From: Candidatus Parcubacteria bacterium
Lineage (GTDB): Bacteria > Patescibacteriota > Patescibacteriia > Patescibacteriales > UBA12465
NCBI GenBank assembly: GCA_037076615.1
Contig: AP029158.1
Location: forward strand, 69,470 to 133,469
DNA length: 64,000 nt
Direction: 5' to 3'
The translations under genes were made by a program, and so were the position numbers. This document shows, one piece after another, positions 58,575 to 64,000 of this stretch (its first letter is position 1; each line of letters begins with the position of its first letter). The notes under the pieces were generated by a model that was not told the DNA's origin, did no database searches, and worked only from the letters and a program-made list of their open reading frames with translations.

Positions 58575-60239
58575 ATGTTTGACTATTTGCAAAAATTTGA
58601 TGGCCTGCCCGAGAAAATTCAGGCTAGTGTTTCCTCCCCGGCAGCAATGGCGGTCATTTCTGATTTAGAAAAAAAGTACCAAGTTGATTTAGCAGCTTTA
58701 GTTATTAAGGTGGTGGTCAAAGATATTGCCCTGGCCGATTTGCCGGCTTACTTAGTTTCCGAATCTGATTTAAGTCCGGAAAACGCTCGCCGGTTGACGG
58801 CAGATTTGAAAGAGCGCCTCTTTTTTCCGATTGCCAATTACTTAGGCTACAACCCTTCTTACTCAGCAATTATCCCGGAAGCGAAACCCGTTTCTGATAC
58901 TTTTTATTTAATTAAAAAGGTGATTCGCGAAGCTGGGCTGAACTTCTCCGTCGGTGAGTTAAATCAACGCTTAGAAAGCATTTTAAATACTTATTTTAAA
59001 GGCGTTCGCAGTCGCATTGATACTCGCCTAGCTTTAAATAAAGGGATAACTAATGGTGGTTTGGGCTTGGACCACAAAATAATTGATCGCTTATTTTTGT
59101 TAATTGATCAGGCCCGTGAAAAACCGATTCTTACTCCCACTACTAAGACTGCACCAGTAACAGATATAAAAAATGACGAGGCGTCTTTAGAAAAAGTGCG
59201 CGCCGTTTACCAAAAAGCTGGTGCCGCTAGAGATATTCCTTATGACCTTAAGGCGGCCATCGTCCAGCGCCAGGAAGCCGAGGCGGCCCCGCAAAAATTA
59301 TTAAAAGATGGTGCGGCAACATCTCTAGCCGCGCCGCGATTGACACCTTTGGCAGCGCCGGTAGAAAAAGAAAAAGCTCCCGAAGTTTCAAAACCTGAGA
59401 CCCCTAAAGTTGCTCCCGTTACGCCCCCGACTCCACCAACCCCACCAACCCCACCAACCCCACCAGCACCAATTGCGCCGATATCGACACCGACACCGGC
59501 GCAAATGCCCAAGTCCGCTTCGACGCCAACTCCTAAGGCGGCGCCAGTTTCCGTTGCACCGTTACTACCACCCAAGGAAGGCCCACGAACTATTGAGCGA
59601 CCACCCAAAAAGAAGTCCAATTTTTTTAAAGAAATATTTTCAAAATCAGAGAAAGCGAGGGTGCCATTACCAGTTATGCCAACTCCGAAACCAGCCCCAG
59701 TTAGTCCGTCTTCCGTGGCGGGCTTAAGGCAGCAGGCTCAACAAAATATCAATAATCCTCATTTACGGCCCGTTCCAGTGCCAAGCATGCCGTTAAAGAC
59801 GGAGAGTCAAAAACCAACGGCCCCCATTAAAGCCGTACCGGCACCAATTAAAAACTCGCCGACCCCTCAGCCCGCCCCGAGTCCCGTTGCAAGCGACCCT
59901 ACTAGGCCAAAAACTTTAGGACCAGTCGAGGAACTTCATTATTTAGAATTAATCAACTTTCGCCGTTTAGGCGTTTCGCCCAAAGAGGCGGCCGCCAAGA
60001 TAGAAAAAAAGATTCGCATCTTGGAGAGCGAGGGGTATGACAAGATGGTTGAAGGAATTCTTGCTTGGCGTTCCGGCGAGATAAATAGTATTTATCTTAA
60101 AATGGCTAAAGAGGCTTTAAAATATCAGCTAACTTTAAAACAGATCGCTGATAAATATCAGGCGCAAAAAAATCCTGAATATTTAACCTGGGAAGAGATT
60201 GAAGAATTGATTGCCCTTAACCACCGCTTAACTTTCTAG
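58575..60239 (+). CDS. hypothetical protein (554 aa) with central Pro/Ala/Thr-rich low-complexity region
   Basis: The N-terminal domain is paralogous to the previous gene (LQKFDGLPEKIQASVSSPAAMAVISDLE...LPAYL...RLFFPI). The central region of about 200 aa is P-rich, including PTPPTPPTPPTPP. The C-terminal domain is helical. Confidence 0.5.
   Translation: MFDYLQKFDGLPEKIQASVSSPAAMAVISDLEKKYQVDLAALVIKVVVKDIALADLPAYLVSESDLSPENARRLTADLKERLFFPIANYLGYNPSYSAIIPEAKPVSDTFYLIKKVIREAGLNFSVGELNQRLESILNTYFKGVRSRIDTRLALNKGITNGGLGLDHKIIDRLFLLIDQAREKPILTPTTKTAPVTDIKNDEASLEKVRAVYQKAGAARDIPYDLKAAIVQRQEAEAAPQKLLKDGAATSLAAPRLTPLAAPVEKEKAPEVSKPETPKVAPVTPPTPPTPPTPPTPPAPIAPISTPTPAQMPKSASTPTPKAAPVSVAPLLPPKEGPRTIERPPKKKSNFFKEIFSKSEKARVPLPVMPTPKPAPVSPSSVAGLRQQAQQNINNPHLRPVPVPSMPLKTESQKPTAPIKAVPAPIKNSPTPQPAPSPVASDPTRPKTLGPVEELHYLELINFRRLGVSPKEAAAKIEKKIRILESEGYDKMVEGILAWRSGEINSIYLKMAKEALKYQLTLKQIADKYQAQKNPEYLTWEEIEELIALNHRLTF
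59433..59465 (+). repeat. in-frame 9-bp tandem repeat (ccaccaacc x ~3.7) encoding (PPT)n
   Basis: Direct reading: copies at 59433-59441, 59442-59450 and 59451-59459, plus a partial copy at 59460-59465. This region generates the shadow ORFs on both strands in the ORF track. Confidence 0.75.
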
Positions 60240-60242
60240 CTT

Positions 60243-60698
60243 ATGCAACAGTTTACCGTTCCACAATTCATTGATGTTGAAGACAAAATTATCGGGCCGA
60301 TTACTACCCGTCAGTTTGTTATTTTGTTGGCCGGCGGCATTCTAATTGCTATTTTCTACAAGCTTCTTGATTTCGCTGCTTTCATTTTTGCCGCCCTATT
60401 AATTTTGGGACTTTCCGCTGTGTTGGCCTTTGTAAAGATCAATGGTCGCCCCTTCCATTTTTTCCTTCTTAATTTATTGCAGACTTTCAGGCGGCCAAAG
60501 TTAAGAGTTTGGAATAACCGCTACGGCCACCCCGCCGATACTGATCGTATTCCGACTTTAAAGTTTGATAATGCTAAAAATGCGAAGGAATATTTTGAGC
60601 GCTCCCGTTTAGCCGAACTCGCTTTAATTGTTGATACCCAAGGAGAATACCGTGGCGCGCCGACCGAAGATGATTTACCTCTTATTGTTAATAACTAA
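60243..60698 (+). CDS. PrgI-family (VirB3-like) T4SS membrane protein
   Basis: The N-terminus is MQQFTVPQFIDVEDKIIGPITTRQFVILLAGGILIAIFY, followed by a second TM (AALLILGLSAVLAFV). The size, two-TM layout and position directly upstream of VirB4 match PrgI/VirB3-type proteins. Confidence 0.65.
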   Translation: MQQFTVPQFIDVEDKIIGPITTRQFVILLAGGILIAIFYKLLDFAAFIFAALLILGLSAVLAFVKINGRPFHFFLLNLLQTFRRPKLRVWNNRYGHPADTDRIPTLKFDNAKNAKEYFERSRLAELALIVDTQGEYRGAPTEDDLPLIVNN

Positions 60699-60701
60699 CC
60701 T

Positions 60702-61373
60702 ATGGCTAAGAAAAATTCTAATGCTCCAGTTTCCACTCAGCAGTATTTAGACATTGCCGAGATTAAAGATGGCACGATTGTCATGAAAGATGGCACTATT
60801 CGGGCAATTTTTTTAGCTTCTAGTATTAACTTTGCCTTAAAAAGTGAAGATGAACAAAATGCGGTTATTGGCTCCTATGTTAGATTTTTAAATAATTTAA
60901 GTTTTACTTTACAAATCGTTATTCAGTCGCGAGAATTAAATATTGAAAATTATTTAATTTATTTAAAAGAAAAAGAAAAAGAGCAGACCAATAAATTATT
61001 AAAATTACAGACAGCGGAATATATCGATTATATTCAAGAATTAACTTCTTTGGGGCAGATTATGAATAAGCGTTTTTATGTCGTTGTCCCTTATGACCCA
61101 CTCACCGATAAGCATAAAGGCTTTTTTGATTCCTTAAAAGAAGCCTTGCGTCCGGCCTCCTCTATTGTTTTAAAAGATAAAGCTTTCCGTCGTTACCAAA
61201 AAAGTTTAGATTTACGCTTGGAAAGCGTAGAGACGGGTCTAGTTTCTTTGGGTGTGAGCGTGGAACGTTTAAATACCCAACAATTGATTGAATTATTTTA
61301 TAACACTTATAATCCGGAAACGGCTAAGAACCAAAAGTTAGTGGATATTAAAAAATTACGCGTGGATTTATGA
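60702..61373 (+). CDS. VirB4 N-terminal-region-like protein (223 aa), coupled to the VirB4 ATPase gene
   Basis: STQQYLDIAEIKDGTIVMKDGTIRAIFLASSINFALKSEDEQNAVIGSYVRFLNNLSFTLQIVIQSR resembles the first ~200 aa of Gram-positive VirB4/TrsE/PrgJ-type ATPases. An ATGA overlap joins it to the next ORF. Confidence 0.45.
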   Translation: MAKKNSNAPVSTQQYLDIAEIKDGTIVMKDGTIRAIFLASSINFALKSEDEQNAVIGSYVRFLNNLSFTLQIVIQSRELNIENYLIYLKEKEKEQTNKLLKLQTAEYIDYIQELTSLGQIMNKRFYVVVPYDPLTDKHKGFFDSLKEALRPASSIVLKDKAFRRYQKSLDLRLESVETGLVSLGVSVERLNTQQLIELFYNTYNPETAKNQKLVDIKKLRVDL

Positions 61374-63301
61374 TAGATTTTAGCAAACAAGATGATCGAA
61401 AAAAAATCGGCTTAGATACTGATATTCGCGATTTAAATTTTCGACCCCGACCTAATACTAATGAAAAACCGTTTATTCCAGATCTCTCGGCGACTGAAGC
61501 TAAAGACATCATTGAGGAGGAAAAAGCTTTTCGACGCGGCGTGTTATCGGTTCGGGATTTAGTTTCGCCGGCGGCCTTAAAGGCGGAAGCTAGGCATTTG
61601 GTTTTGGGTGGTAAATTTGTCCGAACAATTTTTGTTATCGGTTATCCGCGTTATATCAGCGTCGGGTGGTTTGCGCCGATTATCAACTATAATCTGACCT
61701 TCGACGTTTCAATGTTCTTTTATCCGGTCAAGAGTGCGGTTATTTTAAAACAATTACAAAATAAAGTCGGTAGTATTAGTGCCCAAATTATTGCCGATGC
61801 CGAAAAGGGCGCGGCCCGTGATCCGCTGCGAGAAACCGCCCTTCATGATATTGAATTTTTACGTGACTCTTTAACTCAGGGGACAGAAAAGTTTTTTCAA
61901 TTTTCCTTATACATCACCATCTACGCTGACAACCTAGAAGAATTGGATCAGGCCAGTGAACAGATTGAAGATATTTTAGGATCACGTTTAGTTTATTCGC
62001 GGCGAGTTTATTTTCAGTCAGAGCAGGGTTTTAATTCCACTTTGCCGTTAGGTAACGACGAGCTCTATATTACCTTTAACATGAATTCATCGCCGATTGC
62101 TTCCTCCTTTCCTTTTATTTCCAGTGAGTTAACTAGCGATAAAGGCATTCTCTACGGCATTAACCGCCATAATAACAGCTTGATTTTATTTGATCGCTTT
62201 TCTTTACCCAATGCGAACTCCGTTGTTTTTGCTACTTCGGGCGCCGGTAAAAGTTATGCGATTAAATTAGAAGTGTTGCGATCCTTGATGCTGGGCGCCG
62301 ACGTTATTGTGATTGACCCGGAGCATGAATACAAGCATCTCTCCGATGCGGTCGGCGGTACTTATATTAACATTTCTTTATCCTCAGAAAATAAGATTAA
62401 CCCTTTTGATTTACCGCGTTCCGTTGGTGGCGATAGCAAGCCCAAAGATATTTTGCGCTCCGCGGTGATTACGCTTAAGGGTTTACTGCGATTAATGTTG
62501 GGTAAGTTTAGTCACGAAGAAGATTCAATTATTGATCGAGCACTTCTAGAGACTTATGCTAAAAAAGATATTACTCCCGATGCTGATTTGTCTAATATCA
62601 ATCCTCCAGTCGTTAGTGATTTAGAACAGGTTTTAGAGGGTATGGAAGGGGGCAGTAATTTAGCCTTGCGCCTTAAAAAATATACCGAAGGGACTTTTTC
62701 TGGTTTGCTAAATAGCCCGACCAATGTGGAGATGAATAATCAGTTGGTTTGTTTTTCTGTTCGTGATTTAGAAGACGAGTTGCGGCCGATTGGAATCTAT
62801 ACCATTATTAACTACATTTGGAATGTGGTCCGGAGTGAAACCAAGCGCCGAATATTGGTTATTGATGAAGCGTGGTGGATGATGCAATACGAAGACTCCG
62901 CTAAGTTTATTTTTGCGCTAGTTAAGCGCTGTCGTAAATATTATTTGGGGATTACGACAATCACTCAGGATGTCAACGACTTTTTAACCTCGCCTTATGG
63001 TCAAGCGATTGTCAACAACTCCTCCATGCAATTACTGCTCCGGCAATCACCGGCGGCCATTGATTTGGTGCAAAAAACTTTTTTGCTGACCGAAGGAGAA
63101 AAGTATTTATTATTAGAAGGTGGTTTAGGGGAGGGGATTTTCTTCGCCGGCAATAAGCATGTAGCGATTAAGGTCGTTGCTTCTTATTCTGAGGATCAAT
63201 TAATTACTTCCGATCCGCGCCAATTGTTGGAAATCGCGGAAGCTAAGCGCCGCTTTGAGGCTTCGCAAGCTTCGGGCACGGTCGCTGATTTAGATATTTA
63301 A
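61370..63301 (+). CDS. virB4: VirB4-family type IV secretion ATPase
   Basis: The middle-domain pattern is GGKFVRTIFVIGYPRYISVGWFAPII. Walker A is FATSGAGKSYA (SGAGKS = 62237-62254). Walker B is ILVIDEAWWMM (62858-62875). It also has ITTITQDVNDF. Confidence 0.85.
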   Translation: MIDFSKQDDRKKIGLDTDIRDLNFRPRPNTNEKPFIPDLSATEAKDIIEEEKAFRRGVLSVRDLVSPAALKAEARHLVLGGKFVRTIFVIGYPRYISVGWFAPIINYNLTFDVSMFFYPVKSAVILKQLQNKVGSISAQIIADAEKGAARDPLRETALHDIEFLRDSLTQGTEKFFQFSLYITIYADNLEELDQASEQIEDILGSRLVYSRRVYFQSEQGFNSTLPLGNDELYITFNMNSSPIASSFPFISSELTSDKGILYGINRHNNSLILFDRFSLPNANSVVFATSGAGKSYAIKLEVLRSLMLGADVIVIDPEHEYKHLSDAVGGTYINISLSSENKINPFDLPRSVGGDSKPKDILRSAVITLKGLLRLMLGKFSHEEDSIIDRALLETYAKKDITPDADLSNINPPVVSDLEQVLEGMEGGSNLALRLKKYTEGTFSGLLNSPTNVEMNNQLVCFSVRDLEDELRPIGIYTIINYIWNVVRSETKRRILVIDEAWWMMQYEDSAKFIFALVKRCRKYYLGITTITQDVNDFLTSPYGQAIVNNSSMQLLLRQSPAAIDLVQKTFLLTEGEKYLLLEGGLGEGIFFAGNKHVAIKVVASYSEDQLITSDPRQLLEIAEAKRRFEASQASGTVADLDI

Positions 63302-63327
63302 AGATAGATAAATTAAATTAAGTTTAT

Positions 63328-63954
63328 ATGAAAAATCCTAAGAGAACCGGCTTAATCATCATTATCATTTCCTTGATATTGCTAGCCGTTTTAATCTTTT
63401 TAATTATCTGGCAAAAAAATGCCCAGCCCGAGACTCCGGCAGTTGTTCCGCCAGTAGCCACTTCCACTTTACCGCTCGCCGAGGCTGACCCCATTGAGAC
63501 ACCAACCACAACTCCGGGCGATCGACCGCGCAACTATCAGTCTTATGATGTTTCTCAAGAAGACCCTTATCAAGTGGTCGCTTATGATGCTGAGAAAAAA
63601 GCCAAATTATTTGCCGAACGTTTTGGTAGTTTTTCTAATCAATCTAATTATAGCAATATCGCCGATGTTACTATTTTAATGACCCCCAGTATGAGAGTCT
63701 GGGCGGAAAATTATTTAGCGGAGTTGCGCCGCCAGCCTTATAGCGGTGATTATTACGGCATTATCACGACCGCTATTGTTTCTGAAACCCTGGCTTATGA
63801 CGAAGCCGCCGGAATAATCAATTTAGTGATTACCACCGAACGGCAGGAAACTAAAGGCTTGGAAGCAGGTCCGCTCTATGAACAAAAAATTGAAATTGAT
63901 TTAGTCAAGGAAGGCAATGATTGGTTAGTTGACCGCGCTCAATGGAGGGAGTAA
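63328..63954 (+). CDS. hypothetical N-terminally anchored protein (208 aa); VirB8-like role is speculative
   Basis: It has a TM (GLIIIIISLILLAVLIFLIIW), a Pro/Thr-rich linker and a ~145-aa globular domain. The size, topology and position after VirB4 are compatible with a VirB8/PrgL-type component. Confidence 0.5.
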   Translation: MKNPKRTGLIIIIISLILLAVLIFLIIWQKNAQPETPAVVPPVATSTLPLAEADPIETPTTTPGDRPRNYQSYDVSQEDPYQVVAYDAEKKAKLFAERFGSFSNQSNYSNIADVTILMTPSMRVWAENYLAELRRQPYSGDYYGIITTAIVSETLAYDEAAGIINLVITTERQETKGLEAGPLYEQKIEIDLVKEGNDWLVDRAQWRE

Positions 63955-63966
63955 AGTATTGAAGTT

Positions 63967-64000
63967 ATGGCCAGTTTAAAAACAATTTACGTTTGCTCTA
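63967..64000 (+). CDS. 5' end of a further same-strand ORF (MASLKTIYVCS...), truncated by the window
   Basis: The ATG lies 12 nt after the previous stop and the frame stays open to the window edge. It is too short to identify. Confidence 0.25.
   Translation, partial: MASLKTIYVCS

Noticed and set aside
59240-59727. Overlapping 126-aa (minus) and 105-aa (plus, other frame) ORFs
   Set aside because: Both arise from the Pro-rich CCN-repeat region of the 554-aa gene. Their translations are Gly-rich and His/Arg/Pro-rich low complexity respectively.
45419-64000. Integrative conjugative element or other mobile island carrying the T4SS genes
   Set aside because: No integrase, transposase, relaxase, flanking direct repeats or tRNA insertion site is visible. 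Composition looks the same as the housekeeping flank. The right boundary is outside the window, so this cannot be fully excluded.
1-64000. Alternative genetic code (UGA recoding, as in some CPR lineages), CRISPR arrays, rRNA genes
   Set aside because: TGA terminates well-delimited conserved genes (the OFOR beta gene at 36450-36452, rnhA, and the 223-aa VirB4-N ORF), and all conserved proteins are full length under code 11. I saw no repeat-spacer arrays or rRNA-like sequence on either strand.

Overview
This is a 64-kb chromosomal segment from a compact, moderately AT-rich bacterium. Gene content and style point to a Patescibacteria/CPR-type organism: very short intergenic gaps, few Shine-Dalgarno-like motifs by eye, a four-subunit 2-oxoacid:ferredoxin oxidoreductase (OFOR), peptidoglycan genes, TrbC/VirB2-like 'T4SS pilin' cores, and PrgI plus VirB4 genes. 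That assignment is inference, because no database search was possible. The code is standard (TGA is used as a stop). I call about 47 CDS and 5 tRNAs (Pro-UGG, Phe-GAA, initiator Met-CAU, Ile-GAU, Ala-UGC; none encode CCA). I also call several hairpin terminators and a few sigma70-like promoters. The region 0-35 kb and 41-45 kb is housekeeping: rpsO, rpsT, holA, murI, murD, polA, an LysM/M23 peptidase, gpmI, a YebC-family protein, ruvC, ftsK, a MurE-like ligase, rpoB, rpoC, murJ, lepA, recJ, rnhA, xth, leuS and rsmA. Three linked envelope/secretion features stand out. (1) At 35.3-41.1 kb, a tightly coupled minus-strand operon is headed by a DsbA-like gene. In it, two paralogous exported proteins built on a T4SS-pilin membrane-hairpin core are wedged between and after the OFOR subunit genes. 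One carries an M15/LAS peptidoglycan peptidase domain, the other an 18-Cys domain. (2) At 45.4-53.8 kb, a Ca-binding TSP3-repeat protein precedes a 2568-aa secreted giant protein. By hand count the giant has about 86 cysteines, ten C-x6-C-x2-aromatic motifs, four Cys-free jelly-roll-like modules and a PKD-like end. (3) At 54.0-64.0 kb, a nine-gene minimal Gram-positive-type T4SS-like operon contains a VirB6/TrbL-like protein with a long charged tail, a PrgI/VirB3-like protein, and a VirB4 apparently split into two coupled ORFs. It also has several family-less genes. No VirD4, relaxase or integrase is visible in the window. No CRISPR array, transposase or rRNA was seen.
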